A DNA stretch of 64,000 nt from Eledone cirrhosa (GCA_964016885.1 OZ024743.1:1674001-1738000), one strand, 5' to 3'; numbered from the stretch's first letter, positions 25,984-39,477 are shown. Made by a program: numbers and translations. Notes: generated by a model not told the origin, from the sequence alone.

Positions 25984-27758
25984 AATGCCATGCACAGCAG
26001 CCGGTCCATCCGACAGGGGTGCCCTCTCTCCTCCCTTCTGTATGTAATGACTCTAGAGCCACTGCTGCGGAAGTTGGAGTTGTTGCAGGGCATCCCGTTG
26101 GAACCGGGATTGCGGAAAGCGGTGTCAGCCTACGCCGATGACGTAACAGTAATGGTGTCGACGGCCTCGGAAATCGGGGCGATCGGCACCTTACTGGAGG
26201 AGTACGAAAGGTTTACAGGGGCTAAGCTGAACCGGGACAAGTCGATTGGTCTGCAACTCGGCACGTGGAGGGGCAGATCGATGCCCTCCGATGGCGTCGT
26301 CGGGCGCTGGACGGAGGGCCCGGTGAAGTTGCTCGGGGTCTGGTTCGGACCAGACCTCCAGGTGGAGAAGAACTGAGGTGAGGTGACGAACAGGGTGTTT
26401 GCACTGACCCAGAAGTGGGCCGAGTGCAAACTGTCCCTGAAAGGTCGGGCGGAGGTGGCGAACACTTATATAGCGTCCGTCATCTACTACCGCCTGACCG
26501 TTGTGCCTTGCCCAAGGGAAACGCTCGCCAAAATGGAGCGCGCACTCTTCCAATTTTTTTGGAAGAAGCGGGCTCCTATGGTGAGGAGATCCATCTGCTG
26601 TCAACACCCTTCGAAAGGAGGGCTGGGGATGTCGTGGCTAATGATACGTAAACACGCATTAAGGCTACGGCACCTCCAGGTATTCCTCACCGGTCAACCG
26701 GTGTGGGTCCCGTTTGTGAGGCGAGCCTTTCCCAGACACGTCTCATTCACCGAGCTTCAATCCTGGGTCAAGCAAAGACCGAGAAAACTGGGCGCCTGGC
26801 ACACCGAGTATGCCCAGGCGCTCACGGCTCTTTGGCAGGCGGACCCGGCTGTCAGTGGAGAATCCACCTCGTCATTCTATAGAGGGCTGGTGGTTAGCAG
26901 GTGCGACGACGCCCTCGGAGGAAGACGAACTGGCCAACCTGTTCGGTAGGACATTCAGCCCGGGACCCATGGATAACTTCCAGAGGTCCCTGGCCTGGCA
27001 GTGCTACAGAAGGGTTCTGCCCGTTCGAGAAAGGCTCTACAAACACGGGCGCCCGGGTAGGGACCCCTCGAAAAATATCTGTCCCAGATGCGTGTGCGAC
27101 GAGGAAACCGTTGCACACGCATTGGTACACTGCTCGGGCATTGCCGATCTGTGGGGCTATGTCGAACAACTGTTGTCAAGGGTGGGACCGATCCGGTTGA
27201 CCACCGAGTCTATTGTAACGATCAAGCCGCCTCCCCTCTTTAAAAACAAAGGAGAGGCGGTATTTCTGTGCGTAATAGCCATGGCGAAAGAGGTTGTATG
27301 GTGGACGCGTCTGAAAGGACTGAGGTCAGACACCTTTCTCTCTGGCCAACAACTGGTCCGTTTCTTCCGATATCATTTCGGAAGAAGAATCAGGATGGAG
27401 AGAGAGGTGCTGCACCCCAGTCGTTTTTATGAAAGATGGGTGAAAGTGGGGAGAATGGCCCGTGTGAATGGGCCTTCACTCTACATCAGACTATAGGTGA
27501 GGAAGATGAAAGACCAAGGGAGCACCCCTTCTCTGTGCTCCTGAGGAGAAGGGTTGCACACTTTTTTCGGGGGTGTGTGCGACCCCCCAAGGCGCCTCCT
27601 CTCTATTGAGGACTTTGTTATAAATTTTATTTTTTGTTATATTTTATTTTATTTTTATATATTGTTATTGCCTCCTCTTATTGAGGACGCCTTGTTTTGT
27701 AAACTCCCCCCATTGTACTTGTCCCACTTTTGATGCCCTGGTGGCAAATAAAAGAAAC
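25984..27758 (+). mobile_element. 5'-truncated L1/Tx1-clade LINE (RT C-terminus, zinc finger, 3' UTR); disrupted
   Basis: IRQGCPLS, AYADD, CPRC...AHALVHC; stop at 26374 and a frameshift; ends AATAAAAGAAAC then (ATCT)n; homologous to 31760-33499. Confidence 0.92.
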
Positions 27759-27877
27759 ATATCTATCTATCTATCTATTGGCTAATAAAGAAACATATCT
27801 ATCTATCTATCTATCTATTTAAAAAAATTTTCTACATCGAATCTTGGAAAAAAATATTGTAAAATTTTGATTACGTT

Positions 27878-29575
27878 ATGAATGCTGCGTCCAACGATAA
27901 TGGTGGTGGAGAGGCGGTAAGACTACAAAGCTCGCAGTCAACAACGTCTTCTTCACTAGATACTATAGAGATGGAAAGACAAAATGAAAATAAAAAAACG
28001 AATTCACATCCAAACAACACAAATGACACCAAACAGTTCAATGACAACAAAAATAACAGCAAAACCAATAATGATGATAAAAGCAACAATGATAACAACA
28101 ACAAAGAAAAAAATAAAGACAACGCCAATAACACCAGCATCAAAGACAACAACAACACCAAGGAAAATACGGATGATACCAACATCGGTGACAACAAGAA
28201 TAACAACAACAATAACAACAATAATGACAACACCACCAATACGGATTCCACAAAGAAACCAAAAATCTCCTTTGCGGAGAAAGTTCAAAAGAAAGAACAA
28301 TTGATATATCTCGACATAACAAATGCTGAACAACTTTTAAAGGACGCTAAGAGATATGTCACCTTCGAAAAAAATGGTGCTTTCAACATCAATTCTCCGG
28401 TAGAAATTCGCAAGGAAACTGCTCTCAAAACGATAGTTTTTAGGACAGTTTCCAATTCTACCCGAAAACCAGTCCAATTGTCACAGAAAGATATTGAACT
28501 GGTTTTCAAAAATTCAATGAATGATATTGCATTCATTCAAAGAAGCAAACTTTTTGGGAGTATTTCGGTACTCATGAAGGATCAATTGACGGCCCAAAAT
28601 TACTCTGTGTCGCCAATTGTATCCAACCTGTACACCTTTTTCCCTACATACATGGGAAAAAGGACACAAAAGATCAGAATCACAAGTGTCACACCAAAGG
28701 TGAACATATGGTGGATACTGTGCGGCTTCATCAATTTTGATGAAGAGAGAATACTGTCAGTAGGAAAGTCCCCCAGAGATGTATTCAATGGGACTAGCAT
28801 TGAAGTTCTGGTGCAAATGAGCCCAGAGCGAATAGCTATGATCCCACAGCGTGTACTCCTGGACGGACTCACCTACATAAACCTTTCGGTTGAGGGTAGG
28901 CGGCCTTCATGTTACCATTGCTTTAGCAGGGGTCACCTGAGGGCTTCCTGTCCTAAACTAATGAACCAAAAAAAGGCTCTTCTGCCGACACCCATCAAAA
29001 CAACACAACCACCAACACCACCACAACAACAACAACAACACCAACACACAAAAATAACCACAACAAACACAGTCCCACCCAACCCCACTCCATCTAAAAC
29101 CACTGCAAAATCACATACAGACACAACAGCTCCCCAAGACATACACCTCCCCAATCACACAGACGATACAACAGATGAGGCTATCTCGCCATCACCCAGT
29201 GAAGACGAGGGAGAACCCCATCGCTCGAAAAGAAAGAAAAGACATCACAAAAGCAAAAAACCAGCAAACACTACCACAAACATACAACCACCAACACAAA
29301 CAACAAAAATATCACAAACAAAACCCCCACCTCCTGAAAACAAAATACCTACAACAAAACGAAAGCACACACAAGAACTACAGACAAAAACAAACACAAC
29401 ACAAGAAAATTACACTTACACTTACATAAACACTGAAAACAAAACACTAATGGAGACCATCACGAACGACCCTTCGGTGAAAACCGAAGGGAAAACTTTC
29501 GCCCACTCTATAAAAAATAGCAAAAAACTGAACCTAAAACTGATTAGGGTCCTATACAAACTTATAGGTCCCTAA
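27878..29575 (+). CDS. Tx1 ORF1, gag-like nucleic-acid-binding protein with CCHC zinc knuckle (probably extended to 29796 by a frameshift)
   Basis: 565 aa; SFAEKV motif, CYHCFSRGHLRASC knuckle, low-complexity N- and P/T-rich regions; directly upstream of ORF2. Confidence 0.85.
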   Translation: MNAASNDNGGGEAVRLQSSQSTTSSSLDTIEMERQNENKKTNSHPNNTNDTKQFNDNKNNSKTNNDDKSNNDNNNKEKNKDNANNTSIKDNNNTKENTDDTNIGDNKNNNNNNNNNDNTTNTDSTKKPKISFAEKVQKKEQLIYLDITNAEQLLKDAKRYVTFEKNGAFNINSPVEIRKETALKTIVFRTVSNSTRKPVQLSQKDIELVFKNSMNDIAFIQRSKLFGSISVLMKDQLTAQNYSVSPIVSNLYTFFPTYMGKRTQKIRITSVTPKVNIWWILCGFINFDEERILSVGKSPRDVFNGTSIEVLVQMSPERIAMIPQRVLLDGLTYINLSVEGRRPSCYHCFSRGHLRASCPKLMNQKKALLPTPIKTTQPPTPPQQQQQHQHTKITTTNTVPPNPTPSKTTAKSHTDTTAPQDIHLPNHTDDTTDEAISPSPSEDEGEPHRSKRKKRHHKSKKPANTTTNIQPPTQTTKISQTKPPPPENKIPTTKRKHTQELQTKTNTTQENYTYTYINTENKTLMETITNDPSVKTEGKTFAHSIKNSKKLNLKLIRVLYKLIGP

Positions 29576-29829
29576 AAGAAACATTTGAGAAGGATGTGGG
29601 TAATTCCTGCGTGAAACCACTCAACCGCGTCCTTCTCAAATGCCTCCCCACCCCAGACACCCCCATCCCACCAGACCCCACCCCACCAAACATCTGCGTC
29701 CCCACCCCGCCGGAAACCACCACCCATCCAGACAACCCCTCCAACACCCCCATGGAAATCGTGCGGCCTGGTCCCCAGGAGGCGAAGGGTGAGTGATCTC
29801 TTTTCCTCTTTTAACTTTTCAGCACCAAC

Positions 29830-32800
29830 ATGGCCAATATAAGAGTTGGATGTGTGAACGTACGCGGCCTGGGGATGCCCTGGAAACAGGGCAAACTCTT
29901 AAACGACCTCAGGTCGCACAGTATGGATGTGGTAGCCATTTGCGAGTCCAGGATCCACGGCGAGCGACAGCTGGCCCCCATCTTCGATGACTTTGAGATC
30001 TACGCATCTCTCTGTCAACCGGGGGGTGGGGCGGAGTTGCCGTTTTGCTGCGGAAACACCTGGGCCTTGTAACACAGACAGTACATCTGGACCCGGAGGG
30101 TCGACTGGTGGTCCTAGACGTTGACGGTAGTGAAGGTGGAGCCTTCAGGCTGGTGACCGCATATGCCCCATCCGGGACACCGCGGCCAGACTTCTTCAAA
30201 CGTCTAGAGACTTTTCTGGGAACGTCCCGCTCCTTGCTTTTAGTGGGGGACTGGAATGGAATCCTAGATGCACGTTGGGACTATGTGGGAGCATGTCCCG
30301 ATAAAGGGGGGTGTAACAGCCTCAAACAGTTAATCGACCGATTTGACCTGGCCGATAGATATCGACTAGATTTTCCGACTGCGACACTGTGGACGTGGAG
30401 TAATCGTAGCGGAACATCTAGATCGTACCTAGATAGGGTTCTAGTTAGAAATAAGGATAGGGACATGTTAAGCTGTCCACAAATGTTCATGGTTGCCTAT
30501 TCAGATCACAAACTAGTGACCTGCATGGCCAACCTTGATAGAACCCATAGACAAGGACCCGACTACTGGAAGCTGAACTTGTCGTTACCGACAAGCAAAG
30601 CCTACAGTAGACGGATTAGCACTTTAGTTAAACAGCACTTGACAGGGGCCATTGTCAACAACAGATGGTGGTACTCTCTCAAGAGGGCAGTTAGATTAGA
30701 CTCGATAGTTTTTAGTAAAGAATTAGCGTTAGATAGAAATAGAACCGAGAAGGAACTGGTAGATAAAGTAGAAGAGGCAATTAGAAGTGGCAACGTAGCC
30801 AGCGTGCTAGCAACGAGAACGGCCTTGGACCAGTTCTTCGACGCAAAGCACGAGGGCTGCGTTGTCAGAAGCAAAATACGTGCTCTGGGAAACGAGGGAG
30901 CCAAAGCTGTTAGCTGGGCCCGAGTGACGGAGGAAAAAAGTGGCAACGAGTCCACGATTCGGTCTTTGAAGGACCAAAACGGACGCGTGACACGTGAGCC
31001 GAAGCAGATGTGTGCGGCTTTTCAGCGGCACTTTGCTCGGCTGTTCGGGGGGAGCGGCGCGCCGGGAGGGGCGATGGATTTCGGTCAATACCTCGACGGC
31101 CTACCGCGACTCTCGGACAGCGAGGCAAAGTTCTGCGAAAAGCCGATTTCAGCCACTGAGATAGGTGACGCGCTGAGCCAATGCGGCAAACGCAAATCTC
31201 CAGGTCTCGACGGTCTACCCTACGAATTTTACGTAGCAATGCCGGACTTATTCTCCGGTCTACTGGAAGCGGTCTACTGCAACTGGCAACAGAACGGGAG
31301 AATTCCCAGTTCTGTAACCGGGGGCGTGGTCACACTAATCAGGAAGGACGAGAATAAGGGGGATGACATAGGCAACTTCCGGCCCATAACTCTGCTAAAC
31401 ACAGAGTTACAGATTTTGGCCAAGGTGTTGGCAAAGAGGCTGGCGCTTGTCGTCGAGAACCTGGTGGGAGAAGCGCAGACATGCGCAATCCCGACCAGGT
31501 CCATACACGACAACCTCCACCTCATGCGATACATCATAGAGAGGTTAGGGTGTAAACCCGGCTTCGGTGGGGCCCTGATCAACTTGGATCAGTCTAAGGC
31601 TTTCGATAGGGTTGACCATCGTTACCTGGATGCGGTGCTCGAGGCGGCAGGCTTCGGACCCGTGTTCAGGGGCTGGATTGCTGCAATGCACAACAGCAAC
31701 ATCTGCTCAAGGGTCAAGGTGAACGGCTACCTCTCGGAGCCGTTCCATATTACGCGATCCATTCGACAGGGATGCCCTCTCTCCTCCCTTCTGTACGTAC
31801 TGACTCTCGAGCCACTACTGCGGAAGCTGGAGCTATTGCAGGGCATCCCTCTGGAACCGGGACTGCGGAAAGCGGCGTCGGCCTACGCCGACGACGTCAC
31901 AGTAATGGTGTCGAGCGCCTCGCAAATCGAGGAAGTCGGCACCTTACTGAAGGAATACGAAAGTCTCACAGGAGCGAAGCTGAACCGGGACAAGTCCATC
32001 GGTTTGCAACTCGGATCGTGGAGAGGCAGACCGATGCCTTCCGATGGCGTCGTCGGACGCTGGACGGAAGGACCGGTAAAGCTGCTCGGGGTCTGGTTTG
32101 GTCCGGACCTCCAGGTGGAGAAGAACTGGAACGAAGTGACGGCCAAGGTGTTTGCACTCACCCAGAAGTGGGCCGAGTGCAAACTATCCTTGAAAGGTCG
32201 AGCGGAGGTGGCGAACACTTTTATAGCGTCCGCCATCTACTACCGCTTGACCGTCGTGCCTTGTCCAGCCAAAACGCTCGCCAAAATGGAGCGCGCGCTC
32301 TTCCGATTCCTTTGGAAGAGGCGGGCTCCTTTGGTGAGAAGATCCATCTGCTGCCAACACCCTTCTAACGGAGGGCTGGGGATGCCGTGGTTGACGATGC
32401 GCAAACACGCGCTCAGGCTGCGGCATCTCTACGTGTGGACAACCGGTGTGGGCCCCGTTCGTGAGGCGAACCTTCCCACGACTCGTCTCTCTGACCGAGC
32501 TGCAGTCCTGGGTCAAGCAAAGACCGAGGAAAATGGGCGACTGGCACATCGAATGTGCTCAGGCGCTCACAGCCCTCTGGCAGGCGGACCCGGCGATCAG
32601 TGGAGACTCCACTTCGTCATTCTATAGAGGGTTAGTCCGCAGCAAGTGCGACGACGCGCTCGGTGAAACTCTAGGCGTAGAGGAAGATGAACTGGCCAGT
32701 CTGTTCGGTAGGACCTTCCGCCCGGGACCGATGGACAACTTCCAAAAGTCCCTGGCCTGGCAGTGCTACCGAGGAGCTCTACCAGTTCGAGACAAGCTCT

Positions 32801-33258
32801 ACAGACATGGGCGCCCGGGCAGGGACCCTGCAATAAAGATCTGTCCGAGGTGCGTGCGAGACGAAGAAACCGTCGCGCACGCATTCATACACTGCCCGGG
32901 CGTCACTGACCTGTGGGGCTATGTAGAACGACTATTGTCGCGGGTGGGACCAATCCAGTTGACCACCGAGTCCATTGTCATGATCAAACCGCCACCCTCC
33001 TTCAAAAACGAAGGAGAGGCGGTTTTCCTTTGTGTGATAGCTATGGCGAAAGAGGTTGTATGGTGGACAAGGTTGAAAGGGCTGAGGTCAGACACCTTTC
33101 TCTCCGGCCAACAACTGATTCTTTTTTTCAAATACCAGTTTGGAAGAAGAATCAGAATGGAGAGAGAGGTGCTGTACCCCAGCAAGTTTTATGAAAGGTG
33201 GGTGAAAGTGGCGAGAATGGCCCGAGTGAATGGGCCTTCTCTCTATATCAGCCTGTAG
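29830..33258 (+). pseudogene. Tx1 ORF2: APE endonuclease, reverse transcriptase, C-terminal zinc finger; two frameshifts (~30030, ~32435)
   Basis: NVRGL, GDWN, YLDRV, YSDH (APE); KSPGLDGLP, FRPITLLN, KAFDRV, RQGCPLS, YADD (RT); CPRC...H....C. Confidence 0.95.
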
Positions 33259-33683
33259 GTTGAGGAAAAGGAGGAGGAGAGGAAAGGAGTACAAACTCTT
33301 CGTACTCCTGGAGATGAGGGTTGCACATTTTTTTTCGGGGGTATCTGTTACCCATATAAACTGTCTCCCTCTATTGGGGAAAATCGACTAACTTTTTTAA
33401 ATTCCATTTGTGATAACATTTTACACGTTTTTATTGTATGTAAACTTCCCCCCTTTGTATTTGTCCCCTTCTTTTGTGCCCCTGTGGCTAATAAAGAAAT
33501 CTATCTATCTATATATCTCTCTCTCTCTCTATATATATACACACATATATTTATATATATAGACACATATACGTATATACGTACACACACAAGTATATAT
33601 ATTTATATGAACTAGAGTAACTGAAAACGATATCTCGTTTACCTATAAATATATATATATATATATGTGTGTTTGTGTGTGTA

Positions 33684-33734
<51 letters not shown>

Positions 33735-33752
33735 ATCTATCTATCTATCTAA

Positions 33753-33812
<60 letters not shown>

Positions 33813-33821
33813 ATATATATA

Positions 33822-33856
<35 letters not shown>

Positions 33857-34371
33857 GCATACACAATAGCTTCCTGTTCCTGTCAATAGGTAAAGTTCTG
33901 CTATATTCTGCAATATATTGATGGCTATCCCCAGTAATGTCAGTAAGCCAGTGTCGTTTCCGATTCATGTCTTTCAGTCGAGAAACGAATGTAAAAACAG
34001 TTTGATAAACAGCCAATAGGATTAGATATTTCTGAAAAGGGAAACAAACCTTGGTTATTAATAATTCTTTCTAATTTAGACACAATGCCAACAATTTTGT
34101 GGGAATGAGAAATTCTATTATATCAACCCCAGTACTTGACTGTTACTTCATTCTATCGACCTCGGAAGGATGAAAGGCAAAGTTAACCTCGGCGGTGTTT
34201 AAACTCAGAATATAAATAATTAAACAATATATATTCTACACTAACAATTTTTTCTAAGTGATTCAACACCAGAAGTACTCCGGAAGCATATATATATATA
34301 TATTTATCTAAAGACATTTTTTCCAATTCCACCCCGCCCGTCCCCCCAATCTATCTTATTTCTCATTCTTG

Positions 34372-34406
34372 CTTCTGATGAAGGACTAGCGTCCGAAATG
34401 TTAAGA
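34372..34406 (+). ncRNA. Minimal hammerhead in a solo Penelope pseudo-LTR (~34305-34495)
   Basis: CTT-CTGATGA-AGGAC TAGC GTCC-GAAATGTTAAG. Confidence 0.75.
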
Positions 34407-34634
34407 CCCTCTTCCTGCTATATCAAGCGTTAACCTAATATATCCCTTCCATATACTGTACTGATTGAGTTGTTATTTCTGTTTAACTTTTACATACATA
34501 TATATATTTATATATATATGTATATATATCATTTTTATTCACAGTTGTATAAATAACATTACAAATAGTTCACAATTCTTTCAGAATGAAAAAATAAGCA
34601 CAAATAATGTATAATATACAATAATATATAATAA

Positions 34635-34815
34635 TAATTGTTTCTACTTTAGGCACATGGCCAGCAATTACCCAGTGCATTACTGGTACTTCTCGACCCC
34701 GTAAGGATGAAAGGCAAAGTCAACCTCGGCGGGATTCGAACTCAGATCGTAAAGGGACGTAACTATGCTGGAAAGCATGGCGTCCGACCCTCTACCGATA
34801 CTGCCAATCCACCGG
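34635..34815 (-). mobile_element. tRNA-derived SINE
   Basis: Same family core as 20110-20298; other copies at ~11875, 34060, 44508, 53860. Confidence 0.85.
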
Positions 34816-34839
34816 TGTGGGGATATATATACGATATTA

Positions 34840-34870
<31 letters not shown>

Positions 34871-34904
34871 TGTATGTATGTATGTATGTATGTATGTATG
34901 TATA

Positions 34905-35505
34905 TGTCAGGTCACCAGTTGGTGCTACTGGTAACATGTATCCCAGTACAACCTGTCTCATGGTCGGGTCGTTGGCGACTAAACTGGCAACCCCACCAAG
35001 GTTTCTTGGTGAGGAGGGTGACTTTGGACATCCTGCAGGACTAAAAACAAAACCTGTCAAAGGGCAAAGGAGCTCTTAAGAGTCAATGGCCATCCAAAAT
35101 CACCGGGAGAGATGACCCCTTAGCCTTTGTCAAGGCAGAATTCTAGGAGAAGGAAAACTCTGATATAACACCTGCAACTCTGATGGTATCCAATGATGTT
35201 GATTTGTTCTTCTTTTTGGTAAATATCATCTTGGTCAAGAGAGTGGGACTGGCTTTGTGCACTGCCTTTGCTCACTATAAAAGCTTCATGGCACAGGCAT
35301 TGCTTTATATCTGGAGATCTCTCTGCACTTGTCGTTACATGGGACCAGCACTATGTGTCAATGATTATCACAAGTGTAGTGTTTGTACCAGAGTTTTCAA
35401 GTCGCTGGCTGGACTAAAAAGTCACACACGTTCAGCGCATCGGTAGGGGTTCTCCTACATGGATATGAAGTAGTGGCCGTACTCGAAAACGAGTTGGCAG
35501 CCACC

Positions 35506-35508
<3 letters not shown>
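34905..35508 (+). mobile_element. Probable internally deleted, non-autonomous RTE-like element ending in a C2H2 finger remnant
   Basis: 3' end encodes HKCSVCTRVFKSLAGLKSHTRSAH; the first ~60 bp recur inverted at 4516-4575; bounded by microsatellites. Confidence 0.55.
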
Positions 35509-35551
<43 letters not shown>

Positions 35552-35698
35552 ATTAAAATACTGGAGCGTGTTGGAGTTAAACACCCTCTTCGTATTATAG
35601 AAATGACAGTAAAAGGTATAGCTCAATGTAATTAAACAGAGCCGAAGAATTATGAAAATAAAACAAAGAAGCCTTCAATACATCAAAAGTCTTTATTA

Positions 35699-35736
35699 GC
35701 CAACAATGTTTCGTCCTATTAAGGACTCATCAGGGC
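35699..35736 (-). ncRNA. Type I hammerhead at the 3' end of the minus-strand Penelope
   Basis: Reverse complement GCC-CTGATGA-GTCC TTAATA GGAC-GAAA-CATTG-TT-GGC (GUU site). Confidence 0.82.
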
Positions 35737-37485
35737 AATCAAAACCACAAGAAGTACTATCGGCCAATACAAGCCGAAAACTCCGAAGAATATGGAGTGT
35801 ACATACACTAAAGTATTGGAAGATTATGGGTAAAAATATATAATAAAAATCACTAAGGAGGTGTATCACATTTTGAACCATATTACAAATATAGTCCAAA
35901 GCAAAAAAAAACCTAGAGCTAAACAAAGGTGGTTATATAGAGCGGGAACTATATATAATACAATATAATATAATATAATATACTTGTAACAATATTAAAA
36001 TTAAAATTAAAATTAAAATTAAAATTAAAATTAAAATTAAAATTAAAATTAAAATAAAAATAAAAATTAAAGATAAAAATTAAAAGGCACAATATACATA
36101 TATATATGTGTACGCACACGTACGCACACATACATATACGTCAATACACATATCCATCATTTACAGCACAAATTAAACCTTATTAAGAGTTAAAATATAA
36201 ATAAGCATAGTAGGAATAAAAATAATAATAATACGTATAACTAATATACATGAAGTAATGAAATGATTAAAAGTAACACATATAATATATAATAAACTAT
36301 ATAATTATATAATATATAATATAATATAATAGATAATCTCCGGTTAATTTACACAAACAATATAGATGTCACAATAATACTATAATAATAATATAATAAT
36401 ATATATAATATATAATGGCATGTAAGTTAACAAATCAATTCATATAGAGTTACAGAGTAGGTGAGAAAAAAAATATAAATTGTACAATACCCAAAATTAT
36501 GATGGTACAAAAATATAAACATCTTACATGATATATAAAATTTAACATATCATAATGTTACATAAAATCAACGGTAAGTAATAAGGATCAATAGTACAAT
36601 AACAACTTCAATATAAAATAATGAACATAATATAATATATAATTACTTATAATTACAAGGTTGGTAAACAGACATATATGTGGATGAGTGAATAAGGGCC
36701 AGACAAAAAATACAATGCACAGTATTATTAATAAATAAATAAATAAAATCAACCGGAAATTAAAAAACAAAAACAAAAGTATTTACTTAGGTCTCACATG
36801 CAGTTAAGTAAAAACTTAGGAAACATCCCAGATAAAAGACTCGAAAACCCTATTTGATAAATTAATATTGAAAATATTTAAAATACCCAATAAGGCAATA
36901 CAATATTAGCTATGGTTTAAGTAATCAAAATTCATAAACATTAATATTTGACTAAAAATATATATATGAAGGAATGAAATATTCTACTATCATTTACATA
37001 ACGATATCTAAAAAACTGACTTAAGCAGAATTATGGTAGGCTAATAGGGACAGAAAGAAAGAAATGTATGGAGGATACAAAGGAGCATAAAATCATAATT
37101 AATATACTGTATTATATAATAGAAAGGAGCATAAAAGAGGGGGGGGGGGAATTAAATATAATCATAATATATTTGAAGGGGTTGACAATAAGTTTATGTG
37201 TGCATGGGGGGAGGGGGGGTTATCCAAAGAAGAATCCAAATAAAATAAAATAAAATGAAATGAAATGAAATAAAATAAAATAATATAAAATATATAATCA
37301 GATATATACTCATAAGGTGTTAATAGTGAAAATTTAATGTGTAAGAAGATAGATATGGTATAGTAGCCAAAAGATTATGAGAGCTAGAATAAAAAGTTGT
37401 CAAAAACCAATGATAATAATGATGATGATAATGGCGGTAAACAAAAAGAACCTAAACTAAAAAAATAAGTAATGAAATATATCAG

Positions 37486-38379
37486 CTAATGGATAAAATT
37501 TATACTACTAGAACCTTTAGGTTTATAATAAAAGTAAGAATTAGAAATAGCGTGGGGGCAAGAAGAGAATATCTCAGACTTTCTATTAAGTAAGGATTCA
37601 CTAGAGAAAATTATAGAGTGTGTTTCGAGGATACAGAGATTACAAAATTTAGTATGTGTAGAAAGGTTATTAGAGCGTGCTACTAAACGCCAATTAAGGC
37701 TATATGGTATATATAAGACCTTAAGATCCCAGATATAGTGTGCTAAAGAAGTAGAATTCTTAAACTTAACATGTTTGAAATTAGAGATATGAGAATTAAA
37801 CCTAGTCTTAAAAGTGTTAGATGTAGAGCCTATATAAGTTCTATTAGAGGAATTAGTTATAACTACGCAAGCATAGACGATGTTCTTAGAGAGGCAGTTA
37901 CCGTTTAAAGGGCAGTTAGCACTCACTCTACAGTTACACTTCCGGGTGCTATTGGTTGGCTGAAGTAGTGATGCATTACACGTAGGATTACTATTAGATA
38001 AGGTCTGCTCTGGTGGTAAGGCATTTACAGATCTGTTCAGACTAGTAGTATGTATAGAGGAGTATCCATCCCTAATTTTCCTATTGTTAGTGCTAGCTAA
38101 ATGAGAACTAATATTAGGGGTGGTAGAGAATGAAAGTTTAATAACATTTTTATTAAAAATACTATAGTACTTATGAGAAGGGGGGACATTTTTCTCTAAG
38201 ATAGAAAAGAAAGACCTAGGGATATTAGTTAATACTTCCTGATTATATGGCGAGTTAAAATAAGTATTTAGTCTCCTTCTATTTTTATCCTTACCGACTC
38301 TACCATTATCCAATATCCCATTATTAAGACTAGGGTTATTACAAGGATTAGTTAAAACCGCATTATTAGAATCAGCCAA
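37486..38379 (-). CDS. 5'-truncated Penelope-like ORF (linker and GIY-YIG); element extends to ~35545
   Basis: YFNSPYN, CNCRVSANCPLNGNC, IVY...YIGSTSNTFKTRFNSH, CNLCILE, LLNRKSEIFSSCPH. Confidence 0.9.
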   Translation of the reverse strand: MADSNNAVLTNPCNNPSLNNGILDNGRVGKDKNRRRLNTYFNSPYNQEVLTNIPRSFFSILEKNVPPSHKYYSIFNKNVIKLSFSTTPNISSHLASTNNRKIRDGYSSIHTTSLNRSVNALPPEQTLSNSNPTCNASLLQPTNSTRKCNCRVSANCPLNGNCLSKNIVYACVVITNSSNRTYIGSTSNTFKTRFNSHISNFKHVKFKNSTSLAHYIWDLKVLYIPYSLNWRLVARSNNLSTHTKFCNLCILETHSIIFSSESLLNRKSEIFSSCPHAISNSYFYYKPKGSSSINFIH

Positions 38380-38383
38380 AAAC

Positions 38384-38454
<71 letters not shown>

Positions 38455-38458
<4 letters not shown>

Positions 38459-39312
38459 TATGAAGAGAGAAGAAACATTTAGATATAATTAGTAATAAAA
38501 TGTATCATACCTAAACTGCTCCTAGATTCCTCGACTACGTAGTTTCGTGGCATAAACAAAAACAATACATCATAAAGATATAGAGTCCTTGCGAGGTCTG
38601 CCGACTTATCAAGAGGATACCTCATTTTACTAGTCTCAAGAACGCGTCTATACGACGTGAGAAAGAATCCCAAAAGGCGGAGGGGGAGATAGTCACTCGA
38701 TATAACGGTCGAGAAACAGAGCTAAGCCTCCTATAACCCCGAAGAAAATACCACGGAGGCGGAGGGGGTATTTATATCGAAGCCGTAGAAGAGGTGGTGA
38801 AGGAGGCGAGAAGTATGAGTAATGGAAGCTTTCCAGCAGTCCCCACACTTCAAAGATTGCTCGACCAGAGGGAGTTATTAACAATATATTTAGAAACACA
38901 CAGATACATGCGGACACACACATATACTGCTGGAAAGCTTCCATTACTCATACTTCTCGCCTCCTTCACCACCTCTTCTACGGCTTCGATATAAATACCC
39001 CCTCCGCCTCCGTGGTATTTTCTTCGGGGTTATAGGAGGCTTAGCTCTGTTTCTCGACCGTTATATCGCGTGACTATCTCCCCCTCCGCCTTTTGGGATT
39101 CTTTCTCACGTCGTGTAGACGCGTTCTTGAGACTAGTAAAATGAGGTATCCTCTTGATAAGTCGGCAGACCTCGCAAGGACTTTATATCTTTATGATGTA
39201 TTGTTTTTGTTTATGCCACGAAACTACGTAGTCGAGGAATCTAGGAGCAGTTTAGGTATGATACATTTTATTACTAATTATATCTAAATGTTTCTTCTCT
39301 CTTCATAATGTA
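38455..39312. repeat. Large inverted repeat with ~385-bp near-perfect arms and ~85-bp spacer
   Basis: 38455-38840 is the reverse complement of 38926-39312; spacer part 38879-38927 is also the reverse complement of 39432-39480. Confidence 0.92.
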
Positions 39313-39477
39313 TTTTTAACTCTGATACTGGTTCAGTCTAGTTCAACCGGATTGGTCTGTCCCAGTCATTCATTGAGCAACATCGGTGAAGTTGGCACCC
39401 TTAACTCACGGTTGGGTGCGGATGCATTCATGTATATGTGTGTGTCCGCATGTATCTGTGTGTTTCTAAATATATTG

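Larger units (their letters stand above)
27818..33499 (+). mobile_element. Near full-length L1/Tx1-clade LINE inserted in (ATCT)n
   Basis: ORF1, ORF2 and a 3' UTR ending GGCTAATAAAGAAAT followed by CTATCTATCT; (ATCT)n on both sides. Confidence 0.95.

Noticed and set aside
35183-35446. ORF with a single C2H2 zinc finger as a possible host zinc-finger exon
   Set aside because: Single finger at the end of a dispersed repeat followed by a microsatellite; fits an RTE C-terminus better
39390-39420. GGCACC...GGTGC hairpin reminiscent of a tracrRNA or guide-RNA 3' end
   Set aside because: Too short to be significant, and no Cas9, IscB, TnpB or Fanzor-like ORF is visible in the window
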